Below, in pieces: positions 1-9,168 of a stretch of DNA of 56,031 nucleotides. The position numbers and the translations under genes are program-made. Position 1 is the stretch's first letter; every line of letters begins with the position of its first letter. This DNA is from a virus. Lineage: Duplodnaviria > Caudoviricetes. The stretch covers positions 1 to 56,031 of the IMG/VR virus record IMGVR_UViG_3300046837_000115. The stretch is one strand, 5' to 3'. A model generated the notes under the pieces. It saw nothing but the letters and a program-made list of their open reading frames with translations, was not told where the DNA came from and ran no database searches.

Positions 1-117
1 GGCCCGTTCGGGACCGTGCTTATGACCCGCGGGCGGGGCGGCCTCGGCAGCGGGACCGGCGCGGCGGGCGCCGACGGAGAACCAGGAATCGTCTACACCA
101 TCTACGCAGCGGAGTAG
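1..117 (+). CDS. C-terminal part of a Gly-rich putative virion protein; probably continues the ORF open at the window end (55519..56031)
   Basis: Frame 1 reads GPFGTVLMTRGRGGLGSGTGAAGADGEPGIVYTIYAAE* with TAG at 115-117; same phase as the ORF running off the 3' end. Confidence 0.6.
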   Translation, partial: GPFGTVLMTRGRGGLGSGTGAAGADGEPGIVYTIYAAE

Positions 118-126
118 GAGCCCAGA

Positions 127-300
127 ATGGAACACCGCGGAATCATCTACTGCCCCGATTGTGAGCAGACACTTGAGGTCACACCGTCCGAGTTCGTCGC
201 CCACCGGCAAACGGAACACCCGCCCGAACCCCGTGCCGTCGCTGTGTCGGGGATCCAGACACGCGAGGCGCACGGCTACCAACCCACCGAGGAGGACTAG
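127..300 (+). CDS. 57-aa hypothetical protein with CxxC...HxxxxH zinc-finger-like motif
   Basis: GGAG upstream; ATG at 127; MEHRGIIYCPDCEQ...AHRQTEH...SGIQTREAHG...; not in the ORF track. Confidence 0.55.
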   Translation: MEHRGIIYCPDCEQTLEVTPSEFVAHRQTEHPPEPRAVAVSGIQTREAHGYQPTEED

Positions 301-731
301 AGCGTGACCGTCGCGACGCGGGGCTTGCCGCCGTACGCACGACGTGTGGCGAGGCTCTCGTTGTAGATCGCCACAGCAGCCAACGCCTGCTCGCGCTTCG
401 GCCCCGACAGCCACGGCCAGATCGTGCGAAGGATCTCCACGGCCGCTGGGCCATTCTTCGATAGACGATAGAGCGGTCTGCGGCCGGGCCGGTTCTTCGT
501 GATCGGGCCAATGATGTTTCCATCGCCGACCGCTTGTTGGAAGCGTTCGAGCGTCGACCGTTCGGCTTGCGTGACGATGATCCTGATCGTCGGGTAGTCC
601 TTGTTGCGGTACGGCTTCTCGCGTTTCAGGTGGGGACGCACGTGCATTAGTTGCGTGCAGCCTTCTCCGTCATAGAAGCCTGCCGCCCAGGCCAGCTCGT
701 GCGAATCCCTAGTCGTTTGCACACCGTACAT
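297..731 (-). CDS. Free-standing single-motif LAGLIDADG homing endonuclease-like protein
   Basis: ELAWAAGFYDGEG motif followed by typical LAGLIDADG-fold segments (IIVTQAE..LERFQ, YRL, IWPWL.GPKREQA); antisense to its neighbours; true start may be GTG at 722. Confidence 0.8.
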   Translation of the reverse strand: MYGVQTTRDSHELAWAAGFYDGEGCTQLMHVRPHLKREKPYRNKDYPTIRIIVTQAERSTLERFQQAVGDGNIIGPITKNRPGRRPLYRLSKNGPAAVEILRTIWPWLSGPKREQALAAVAIYNESLATRRAYGGKPRVATVTL

Positions 732-745
732 TCTACCGCTAAGGG

Positions 746-1177
746 GTGAGTCCGATTGCCAATTTGCTGACAGACACGGGCCGCGAGGCGTTTCTCGTAG
801 CGAGCTATGGTTGGAAGGCGGGCTCGGTCCCGGCTACATGGGTCCCCTATGTCTCGGGGTCGATGGGGAACGCCCCAGGCGGCATCGTGTTCCTGTCCGA
901 CATCACCTCAGCCGTATGGCGGGCAAGAGGGACGTACCTGACGACGAAGACGACGGCGTCCGGGATCGCCGACAGCGACGACACCACGTTGGTCGGTGTC
1001 GGGTCGGCTGGTTCGGCCACCGCCGTCTACATTCTGCTCGTCAACGAGACGGGTGCGTCGCAGACGTCTCTGGTGGGTGCCGTGATCGACACCGCGACCG
1101 GCCTGCCGTTCCTCCCGAACGGAGGCGACGTGACGGTCTCGTGGGACAACGGGGCCAACCGTATCTTCAAGTTGTAG
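746..1177 (+). CDS. Conserved phage virion protein
   Basis: AN.L.D.GRE.FL N-terminus and IDTATGLP..PNGGDVTVSWDNGANRIFKL C-terminus, a pattern I recognise from phage structural modules. Confidence 0.7.
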   Translation: MSPIANLLTDTGREAFLVASYGWKAGSVPATWVPYVSGSMGNAPGGIVFLSDITSAVWRARGTYLTTKTTASGIADSDDTTLVGVGSAGSATAVYILLVNETGASQTSLVGAVIDTATGLPFLPNGGDVTVSWDNGANRIFKL

Positions 1178-1208
1178 CTTCAAACTGTAATCCCACCAGG
1201 AGGCGCCA

Positions 1209-1463
1209 ATGCCGTCGGCGAGCCTGCACGTGCCGGTGATGGCCGAGACCGCCGACGTCGCCGCGGCCCGGCAGGCGCTGGTCGCGTTCCACGACGAGCT
1301 GCCTGCGTCGTCGCTGTTCAAGAAGTGGCAGCAGGCGAACCCGAACGAGGCCGCCCACCTTGAGGCGTACTGGCTGAACCGGTCGATGCGACCGATCATC
1401 GCCACGGCGTTCGGGATCGCGTACCGGTCGGCGATCGACGCCTACCACGACCTGGGGGTCTAG
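1209..1463 (+). CDS. Hypothetical protein
   Basis: AGGAGG RBS; packed in the operon. Confidence 0.6.
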   Translation: MPSASLHVPVMAETADVAAARQALVAFHDELPASSLFKKWQQANPNEAAHLEAYWLNRSMRPIIATAFGIAYRSAIDAYHDLGV

Positions 1464-1465
1464 AT

Positions 1466-1894
1466 ATGGCGACGCAAAAGGTGGGGTTCCCGGTCACCCC
1501 CGGTGCAGGAGCGACCCTCGCCGCCGAGACCGACTTCAGCGGCGTGAAGGTGCCTGTCCATTTCGCTCACCAGGCGAGGACTGTCCCCGTCTATGGCGGG
1601 AACGCGAGCTTCCATGTCGGCACGTTGGGTGTGGCGTCTTCGAAGGATCTGCTGGCGATGGTGCCCGGCGGGACATCAACCCCGTCCGCGAACTTCCTCC
1701 GCGTCTACGTCCCCGCCGGGGGCCAGGCGGCGTTCTGGTCGAACGGGCTCGATCCCGTGGTGCAGACGGGGGCGCCGCAGATCAGCGGCGACTCGTACTA
1801 CGACTTCCCGAACGTGCTCGAACTGACGCACCTGTACGCGGTCGGGGTGTCGACGGCATGCCCGGTCGCGCTGCAGTGGGAAAAGACCGGGTAG
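1466..1894 (+). CDS. Hypothetical beta-rich virion protein
   Basis: 142-aa ORF tightly packed in the structural operon. Confidence 0.65.
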   Translation: MATQKVGFPVTPGAGATLAAETDFSGVKVPVHFAHQARTVPVYGGNASFHVGTLGVASSKDLLAMVPGGTSTPSANFLRVYVPAGGQAAFWSNGLDPVVQTGAPQISGDSYYDFPNVLELTHLYAVGVSTACPVALQWEKTG

Positions 1895-1895
1895 G

Positions 1896-3275
1896 GTGCA
1901 CGGCCGCAGCCACCTCGTCCGTATCGTCGGCACGCTGTTCGTGCTCGGCGCCCTCTCCGGCGGCATCTACCAGGGCGTGGCGTCGACCGGCGGCAGCTCG
2001 CCTCCTCCGACTGGAACAGCGAACCTCTGGGTCGACGGGAACGGCGGCACCTGCACCCGCCAATCGACCGCCGGGGCCTACGTCGACGCTGCAGCGTGCT
2101 CGTCCCTCCCCGCCGCCTACACGGCAGCCAACGCAGGCGACCTTGTTCTGGTCAAGTGCGGGACGTACGGTCAGCAGGTGTTCACCACGAACAAGACATC
2201 CGGCGCGAACGTCGTGTTCCAGGCCGAGACGACGCAATGTGCGACGTTGGGGTCGGTTCAGTTCACCGACGGCGGCGACCGTTCCACCGTTCAAAACTTC
2301 GTCATCAGCGACGGCTTCTACGCCGTCCTGAACGACAACAACAGCCGTAGCTCGTCGTTCGTCACGATCAATAACAACATCATCGACCCCGGTGTGGAGG
2401 CGCGCCACCAGGTCATCCTCGTTAAGAGCGCGCAGGACTGGGTGATCTCGAACAACACGATCGGCCCGGTCTGCTGCGGCACCGGCACCGACAGCCCTGA
2501 GGGGATCAGGATCGTCCCGCAAAGCAACAACGTGACGATCTCGAACAACCTGATCCAGTACGTGAGTCGCGACTGCGGATATTGGCCTAGCTCCGGCTGG
2601 GGCTCCTGCCCAGGCACGACGTGCAACCCGGCCTGCCACACCGACGGGATCCACATATGGGGCTTGACGAACGGCCACATCATCGGGAACCGCATCTACG
2701 CGGACGACTGCCAAGGGATCTACATCGAGCATCCAGGTAACGAGACGTTGGGTCCGATCGACGTGATCGACAACGCCGTCGGCCCGTTGGCGGAGAGCTG
2801 CGGCAGCGCCGGGATCAAGATCCACGCCGACAACGCGACCGTTCAGGGGACGTGGACTATTGCGTTCAACAGCGGGGCGGAAGCATTAGAGATCGGGTCG
2901 TTCTCGGGATGCTCCCCCTGCACGTTCAACCTCATCGGTAACTACATGCCTCTGTTCACACTGGACTCCGGCGGCAACGACGCCGGGTGCAACCCTCCGA
3001 ACGTGGCTGTCAACTACTCGTACAACGTGTGGACGTTCGTGAACGGCGGAACGAACACGGCGTGCGGGTCGCACGACATCTACACCGGCGCGGGAGGGTC
3101 GTTCGTGAACTCGACAGGGGCGCCCAACCTGGGCGTCGACCTCCACACGACCGGCTCCGTGTCGGCAGACAACTACGTCCCGACAGGGATCTGCACCCCG
3201 GTCGCCCCCGCTGACTTCGACGGCCAGGTCAGGCCGATCGGGGCCGCGTGCGACGCCGGGGCGGACGAGCGCTAA
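1896..3275 (+). CDS. Right-handed beta-helix (pectin lyase-like) protein with N-terminal signal/TM segment
   Basis: Hydrophobic N-terminus; repeated ISNN.I and GI.I beta-helix rungs; C-terminal DFDGQVRP.GAACDAGADE (choice-of-anchor Q-like); Cys-rich. Confidence 0.75.
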   Translation: MHGRSHLVRIVGTLFVLGALSGGIYQGVASTGGSSPPPTGTANLWVDGNGGTCTRQSTAGAYVDAAACSSLPAAYTAANAGDLVLVKCGTYGQQVFTTNKTSGANVVFQAETTQCATLGSVQFTDGGDRSTVQNFVISDGFYAVLNDNNSRSSSFVTINNNIIDPGVEARHQVILVKSAQDWVISNNTIGPVCCGTGTDSPEGIRIVPQSNNVTISNNLIQYVSRDCGYWPSSGWGSCPGTTCNPACHTDGIHIWGLTNGHIIGNRIYADDCQGIYIEHPGNETLGPIDVIDNAVGPLAESCGSAGIKIHADNATVQGTWTIAFNSGAEALEIGSFSGCSPCTFNLIGNYMPLFTLDSGGNDAGCNPPNVAVNYSYNVWTFVNGGTNTACGSHDIYTGAGGSFVNSTGAPNLGVDLHTTGSVSADNYVPTGICTPVAPADFDGQVRPIGAACDAGADER

Positions 3276-3875
3276 ATGGCGTTCCCGACCACCTCCGTCC
3301 TCGACCAGTTCACCCGCGCGAACGGCGACCCTGGAGCGAACTGGAACGGTCCGTCGTTCGGCGACGCGAACAAGCTGACGATCTTCTCGAACCAGATCGA
3401 GAGCGCGGCGGCGGCGTTCGGCTCGGAGTGCTGGGTAGCATCGACGTTCGGGCCGGGGATCGAGGTGTACGCCGACCTCGCCTCGGCGATCTCGGGCGGC
3501 GGCTCTGTCCGGCTTCTCATCCTCGACTCGCCGACGAGCGGCACCGCCAACGGCTACTACCTCGTCGCCGACTCGGGCAACAACTTCAACCTAGCGAAGT
3601 CAGTCTCCGGCTCGGGGTCGACGATCCAGACCGGGACGCAGGCTGTCGCGTCCGGCGACTCGTTCGGCTTGCAGTGGATCGGCACCACCGTCGCGGGCTG
3701 GTACAAGGCGGCGGCCGGGGCGTGGACGCAAATCGTGTCTATCGTCGATGCGTCGGTTGCGAACGCGGCCGGTTTCTACATCGGGATCGAGCTGTCGACC
3801 AACATCGGCGGCAACCTCCTCGACAACTTCGGCGGCGGCACCGCCGTCACGATGAAGACGGGGGCGTTCCAGTGA
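3276..3875 (+). CDS. Concanavalin/lectin-like virion protein
   Basis: D.FTRANG..GANW start, NGYYL, DNFGGG beta-sandwich pattern; ends TGAFQ. Confidence 0.6.
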   Translation: MAFPTTSVLDQFTRANGDPGANWNGPSFGDANKLTIFSNQIESAAAAFGSECWVASTFGPGIEVYADLASAISGGGSVRLLILDSPTSGTANGYYLVADSGNNFNLAKSVSGSGSTIQTGTQAVASGDSFGLQWIGTTVAGWYKAAAGAWTQIVSIVDASVANAAGFYIGIELSTNIGGNLLDNFGGGTAVTMKTGAFQ

Positions 3876-4312
3876 CCGCGAATTTCGGGTGGCCCCAGCC
3901 TGCGGCGCACGCTGACGGGTTGCAGCCCGCCCTGAACGCCATGATCCGCGACCTCGACGCGATGGTCCATAGCGTCGCCACGTTCGGCACGGCTGGCGCC
4001 CTCACAACCCTGGTCGGGGTCGGCAGGTTCCTGTTCCCTGCGGCGGCAAGGATCATCAACGTCACGTTGGCGGTGGATACTGCCCCGACGGGGGCGTCGA
4101 TCATCTGTGACGTGAACAAGAACGGGACGACGGTGTTCACGACGCAGGCGAACCGGCCGTCGATCGCCGCAGCCGCTAACGCGTCGGCGGCTGCCGTCCC
4201 GAACGTGACAGCCATCGCCCTCGGCGACTACCTGACCGTCGACATCGACCAGGTCGGTTCGACCATCGCCGGCGCCGATCTTGTCGTCCAGGTGTATTAC
4301 GTGTTCGCGTGA
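3872..4312 (+). CDS. Phage fibre/decoration domain protein
   Basis: GTG overlaps the upstream TGA; TAPTGASIICDVNKNGTTVF...GDYLTVDIDQVGSTIAGADL is a conserved phage structural motif. Confidence 0.7.
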   Translation: MTANFGWPQPAAHADGLQPALNAMIRDLDAMVHSVATFGTAGALTTLVGVGRFLFPAAARIINVTLAVDTAPTGASIICDVNKNGTTVFTTQANRPSIAAAANASAAAVPNVTAIALGDYLTVDIDQVGSTIAGADLVVQVYYVFA

Positions 4313-7300
4313 CGTTCCCGCTCGGAACAGCCCCATCGTACTACGCCACCTGCTCGTTCCCGAATGCGAGGCACGGAATCTTCTACGTTGGCGACAGCGT
4401 CACCATCACCTTGAGCCAGTCCACGCCCACCGCGTATTACGTGAAGGACTACTACGGCACCACCGTCTCGAGCGGCAGCACGTCAGGGACGACCTGCACC
4501 CCTACCCCGCCTGGTGGTGGCTGGCTTCCCGGCTGGTACCGGATCTACTTCACCGGGGCGAACACCGACGCCGTCTACGGCCCGTCGTATGGAGCGACGA
4601 ACTTTTGTGTCATCCGTGCCAACAGTCACTTCCCTACGTTGCCGAGTCCGTCTGTGAAGGGGAACGGGTCGCCAGGTCATCATGGCGTTCCGCCAGATTT
4701 GATTACACGTGGTTGTATGGGAATGGCGACAGCTCGGCTGAGTATCGTGCCTATGCCTGACCCCAATAGTGGCACAGCCGACCGTCTGTCTGACATAGCG
4801 TTGGATGCACCACTCGCAACTACTTGGTGGACGCAGCCACCCGACAATGATACGTGGGAACAGGGTCGCTCGCGGTATTTGTGGGTGGCGTTCTCCAACC
4901 AGGCGTATGACAGGCTTACGGCCGGGGGTACTGTTTCTTTCTACCCGAAGGACGAGACACAGGTGGCGCATGCCGATAAGATTTTTGTGTCAACGTCTGC
5001 GGGAACAGTTAGCGGCGACAAGTATGTTGTCTACTATCCGGACGCTTCTACGGTTGTTGAGACGTATGACAATCAGGCGGACGCGGTAGCTGCGGCGGCT
5101 GTGATCAACGCGGCGTCTGCTTATATTTGGATGTTCGGCCCAAGCGGGCGTCCAAGTTACATAACTGCGACCGCAATCGGTAACGCCTACTACACAGGTG
5201 TAAAGCTGTGCTCATCCACCTTGTTCCCGCTGGGCATCCCGTATTACGAGGGGCCGATTAACGAGCCAGGGATAGGTAGATACCTTGGGCAGCAGATGCG
5301 TATGTTCCGTGCCGCCGTGAAAGCGGGCAACCCTGACGCCCAGGTGATCGGGCCGTGCCCTGTTGACATCACTAATCCAGCGTGGAGCAATTTCTTCATC
5401 TCTGGCGGGCTTAACTACATAGATGCACTCTCGTTCCATGACTACAACACTGCCGTTTGTGGCGACCTAAACCAGGGCCGCACACAGATTGAGGCGTTCC
5501 TGGCGCTGTTGGCTGCGAACGGATGGACAGGTCCGCTATGGCAGACGGAGGCGCAGAGCGCGATGACTTGCGTGTATGGCGTTCATCATCCGCGCCGCGC
5601 CCGGACTTGCATGCTGCACATGCTGTTGTGGGAGCAGTACGGTATACCGCGAGAACGGAACTGCTACTGGTACGACGTCTCGATCGGGTTTTGGGGATTC
5701 CCGGTGTGGGCGTGGAATGGCGACGAAAGTTCTCAGCCTCAGGTGCCGATGTACCGGACACTGACGGAGGAAACATTCAATATGCCGCACCATCATCGGG
5801 TGTATTTCGGTAGCCCTGCCGCAGACGCGATCTTCCTCGGCAGCGTCTACGGGAGTTCCACTACACTCGGCCCGTCTACCTTGGTGCTGATCTCTGCTAG
5901 CCATATCCCCGGCGCTACCGTCACGATCTCAGTAGCGGGCACCACCTCGCCGCTGACGGTCGTGGACGCTTTCGGGAACACATCGACGGTCACGATCTCG
6001 TCCGGGCTGGCCGTCATCCCTGTGGATGACGTCCCCACTTACGTGCGCCTGCCTGCCGGCGTCACCGTCACTGTCAGCTCGGTACTCGATTGGGGCACGT
6101 CTCCGCATCCGAACGTGGCTGCACTCGGCGCCGCAACCCTCGGCGGTGCAGCCACTCCCGACATCAACGACGGACAGTTCCTCAATCTGTATGCCGCCTA
6201 TCCGGGCGGCATCGGGATCGCGTACTCGCCGGTCACCGTCCCAGACGACATCGCCATCGCGTTTGATCAGGCGGTCACTGTTGACCGCGTCATCATCTGG
6301 TGTGGCCCCTGCTGGCAGTCGATGGGCGTCCTCGTCGATTTTGACATCGACACGTCGAGCGACGGGGTGACGTGGACGACCCGCACGACGGTCACGAAGA
6401 CGACGCCGAGCTCGTTCAACCACGGAACTAGTTCGACCAACGCTGGTTGCAAGCAGGAGACGTACAGCGACGAGCAGTGGATCTTTCCGGTCACGTTGCC
6501 GTCTCCAGTGTCATGCCAGTACATCCGCGCGCATGTGCGGGCGACGAGTTATGGAGGGGAGCCGGACGCAGCGGCGGTTGCTGCCGGCGGCCAAGGAAGG
6601 AATGAACAACGTGTCGCCGTCGAGGAGATGATGGTGATGTCGTCGACGGTGCCCACTCTGCCAGGCCAGTACGACACGGAAGTGTTGGCTGACAGTCCGA
6701 ACGGCTACTGGAAACTCGCGGAGGCGTCCGGGGCGACTGCCGTGGGTCAGGTCAATTCACCAGCACTTGACGGTGTGTACTCAGCAACATGCGTTCTAGG
6801 CGTGCCCGGCCCATTGAGCAGCTCCGCCACCGCTGTATCGCTGCCGAACGCATCCCCGATCGCCGACATCCAGATTCCGAACAACTCCCTCCTCAACCTT
6901 GGGGCCACAGACGTGCTTACCGTCGAGTGCTGGTTTAAGCCTCCCCCGACGATTTCGTCGACGCGGACTATCGTTGAGCGCGGGTCGGGACGGTGGGGCA
7001 TCAGCCTGCTCTCCACCGGATTCGTTCAGTTCGCGAAGCCTGGCGTGGCGGGCATTGTTACTTCTACTGTCGCCTGCTCGAGCGGCTGGAACCATGTAGT
7101 CGCTACCAAGAGCGGCGCCGACATCCACATCTACCTTAACGGCGTCGACGTGTCCGGGACGGTAACCAACACGGCGCTCACCGACGGGTCGGGAGTGTTC
7201 TATATCGGCGACAACGCGGGTGCGTCAACGTTCGCTGACGGACAAGTCGCGTGCGTCGCCCTATACCCGACCGCGCTTACGGCCGCCCGTGTATTGGCGC

Positions 7301-7620
7301 ATTACAAGGCTGGGTTGCGGCCGCAAGTTCCTGTGAACACTGTGGCGCCGGCAATTGTCGGGAGCACCCGGCTAGGAATGCAACTGTCCTGCACGACTGG
7401 CGTCTGGACAGGCGGTGCCACCGGCTACGCCTATCAGTGGAAGCGCGACGGCAGCAACGTCTCAACAGGGCCGCACTACCTGAAAACTTCGGCTGACATC
7501 GGCCACTCTGTCACTTGCACGGTGACAGCATCGAACGCGGCCGGGTCAGCGTCCCAAACGTCCAATTCAATTACCGTTGCCGCCGCACAAGCGTCAGCAG
7601 TGGGGATGGTGAGTATTTAA
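4309..7620 (+). CDS. 1103-aa modular glycoside hydrolase (clan GH-A-like TIM barrel) + F5/8-like + LamG + Ig-like domains; putative receptor-binding protein or depolymerase
   Basis: EGPINEP (acid/base), DALSFHDY, LWQTEA (nucleophile); SSDGVTWT discoidin motif; DSPNGYWKL.E...TVECWF...WNHVV LamG; PVNTVAPAI.G...YAYQW.RDG Ig-like. Confidence 0.7.
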   Translation: MTFPLGTAPSYYATCSFPNARHGIFYVGDSVTITLSQSTPTAYYVKDYYGTTVSSGSTSGTTCTPTPPGGGWLPGWYRIYFTGANTDAVYGPSYGATNFCVIRANSHFPTLPSPSVKGNGSPGHHGVPPDLITRGCMGMATARLSIVPMPDPNSGTADRLSDIALDAPLATTWWTQPPDNDTWEQGRSRYLWVAFSNQAYDRLTAGGTVSFYPKDETQVAHADKIFVSTSAGTVSGDKYVVYYPDASTVVETYDNQADAVAAAAVINAASAYIWMFGPSGRPSYITATAIGNAYYTGVKLCSSTLFPLGIPYYEGPINEPGIGRYLGQQMRMFRAAVKAGNPDAQVIGPCPVDITNPAWSNFFISGGLNYIDALSFHDYNTAVCGDLNQGRTQIEAFLALLAANGWTGPLWQTEAQSAMTCVYGVHHPRRARTCMLHMLLWEQYGIPRERNCYWYDVSIGFWGFPVWAWNGDESSQPQVPMYRTLTEETFNMPHHHRVYFGSPAADAIFLGSVYGSSTTLGPSTLVLISASHIPGATVTISVAGTTSPLTVVDAFGNTSTVTISSGLAVIPVDDVPTYVRLPAGVTVTVSSVLDWGTSPHPNVAALGAATLGGAATPDINDGQFLNLYAAYPGGIGIAYSPVTVPDDIAIAFDQAVTVDRVIIWCGPCWQSMGVLVDFDIDTSSDGVTWTTRTTVTKTTPSSFNHGTSSTNAGCKQETYSDEQWIFPVTLPSPVSCQYIRAHVRATSYGGEPDAAAVAAGGQGRNEQRVAVEEMMVMSSTVPTLPGQYDTEVLADSPNGYWKLAEASGATAVGQVNSPALDGVYSATCVLGVPGPLSSSATAVSLPNASPIADIQIPNNSLLNLGATDVLTVECWFKPPPTISSTRTIVERGSGRWGISLLSTGFVQFAKPGVAGIVTSTVACSSGWNHVVATKSGADIHIYLNGVDVSGTVTNTALTDGSGVFYIGDNAGASTFADGQVACVALYPTALTAARVLAHYKAGLRPQVPVNTVAPAIVGSTRLGMQLSCTTGVWTGGATGYAYQWKRDGSNVSTGPHYLKTSADIGHSVTCTVTASNAAGSASQTSNSITVAAAQASAVGMVSI

Positions 7621-8501
7621 TGGGGCTACTTGCAGGAACCCTGTACGACCCGGCTGCGGCTGTGACAAAGGCTACTTCAGCTTTGTTGGCGATGACAGCT
7701 CTCGACACCACAAACCTGAGACTGACGTTTACCGCTCCTGCGAACGGTGCGGTGCTTGTCCGTCAAGCCTGTACTCAAACAGGGGCGACAACTATTCCCC
7801 GTATCCATTTCGGGGTTCTCGATGGTGCGACAGTGCGTGGTAGGACGTATCCGATGGACGGGGTGACTACCCGCCTGGCGGCGGTCTCATACGGTCAAGA
7901 AAGCGTTTGCGTAGTCAGTGGTCTCACCCCGGCGGGGTCGTACACGTGGGATGCTGCTTATAGTGTGGATAACGCTATAGCGGGCACCAACTTAAAATAC
8001 GGCGGTCCAAATGACGCGTCCGGTGCGGACGCTTGGGGTGGATACTCCTTTGAGATTTGGGACACGCCGACACTGCTCGGTTCTGTGTTGTACGATCCGG
8101 GGACTGCGGCGGGTGCTGTGATGACGTCGCTGATCGCGATGACAGCGCTGGATACGGCGAACGCCAGGATCACGTTCACGGCGCCCGCATCTGGACAAGT
8201 GTTCTGGCGTATACGTACTTGTTACACCGGGTCGGCCACGTTGCCCTCAGTTCTGCTAGGAATCCTTGACGGAGCCACGGTCAAAGCTAGAGCGGTGCCG
8301 ATATACGGTTCCGCCGCGAACACGATCTGGGACGCTAGTGGTCTCGTCGCTGTAACACCGACCACGTCGTACACGTGGGACGCCGCTTACGCTGTCCAGG
8401 TGGTGTCCGGTGCCGGTGGGACGTTGAAGTGGGGTGGCCCGAACAACACTTCTGCTAACGATGCGTGGGGCGGACTGGCCTACGAGATTTGGACTGCCTA
8501 G
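7620..8501 (+). CDS. Virion protein made of two tandem ~145-aa repeats
   Basis: ATG overlaps the upstream TAA; LYDP.AA...AMTALDT.N...SYTWDAAY.V...LK.GGPN.....DAWGG..EIW occurs twice. Confidence 0.7.
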   Translation: MGLLAGTLYDPAAAVTKATSALLAMTALDTTNLRLTFTAPANGAVLVRQACTQTGATTIPRIHFGVLDGATVRGRTYPMDGVTTRLAAVSYGQESVCVVSGLTPAGSYTWDAAYSVDNAIAGTNLKYGGPNDASGADAWGGYSFEIWDTPTLLGSVLYDPGTAAGAVMTSLIAMTALDTANARITFTAPASGQVFWRIRTCYTGSATLPSVLLGILDGATVKARAVPIYGSAANTIWDASGLVAVTPTTSYTWDAAYAVQVVSGAGGTLKWGGPNNTSANDAWGGLAYEIWTA

Positions 8502-8588
8502 ATGCCTTTCACCGCTAATCAGTTGATCCTGGCCGAACAGCAGCCGCCTCCGCCTCCGCCCCCGCCCCCGACCGGCGCGTTCCACTAA
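8502..8588 (+). CDS. 28-aa polyproline peptide MPFTANQLILAEQQPPPPPPPPPTGAFH
   Basis: ATG directly after the upstream TAG; fills the gap to the next RBS; not in the ORF track. Confidence 0.45.
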   Translation: MPFTANQLILAEQQPPPPPPPPPTGAFH

Positions 8589-8598
8589 AGGAGACCAG

Positions 8599-9153
8599 AT
8601 GGCTGTCACCCACAAGTTCGTGTCGTCGGTCGCGAACATCGGCGGAGGGACGTACATCCAGCCGACCCACTGGAACGACCAGCACGCGGCGCCCATGTGG
8701 CGCGCCTACGACTTCGACCCAGGGTTGGCACCCGCGTCGTTCGGGATCCCGTCGACCGCAGGCGCGTCAGGGATGGAGTTCCCGAACAACACGCCGCTCC
8801 TCCGTGGCGCGTACGACTTCACGAACGTCACGAACATCTACGTCGCCGCCGTTGTCGCGTCGACGTTCGCGCTCGGATCGACGGCGCTCAGGTTTCAGTA
8901 CGCCCCCTCGGGGTTCCCCGGCTCCTGGTACTCGTTCGACGCCACCGGCGGGTCGGCGCCGTTCGTGAGCGTCGCGTCCGGGAACAACGCGTCGATGTAC
9001 CTTGCGGGGTCGAATGGCGCGATGTTCGGTCCGACCGCCGCCGTGTCCGCCGCCGCGAAAGCGCTCCCACAACCCCTGAACGTGAGGCTGGCAGGCTACG
9101 GCGGCAACGGGTCGGCGCCCCAGCTAGGACCGATCGACGTCTTCGTGACCTAA
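8599..9153 (+). CDS. Hypothetical virion (fibre-like) protein
   Basis: AAGGAG RBS; MAVTHKFVS...IQPTHWNDQH N-terminal motif typical of phage fibres. Confidence 0.65.
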   Translation: MAVTHKFVSSVANIGGGTYIQPTHWNDQHAAPMWRAYDFDPGLAPASFGIPSTAGASGMEFPNNTPLLRGAYDFTNVTNIYVAAVVASTFALGSTALRFQYAPSGFPGSWYSFDATGGSAPFVSVASGNNASMYLAGSNGAMFGPTAAVSAAAKALPQPLNVRLAGYGGNGSAPQLGPIDVFVT

Positions 9154-9168
9154 CCGGGAGGGGGCGCC

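Noticed and set aside
3248-3871. Upstream extensions in the ORF track (starts at 3248, 7515, 13116, 34709, 44908, 47657, 51205, 52188)
   Set aside because: They overlap upstream genes; downstream starts with an RBS or stop/start coupling fit better
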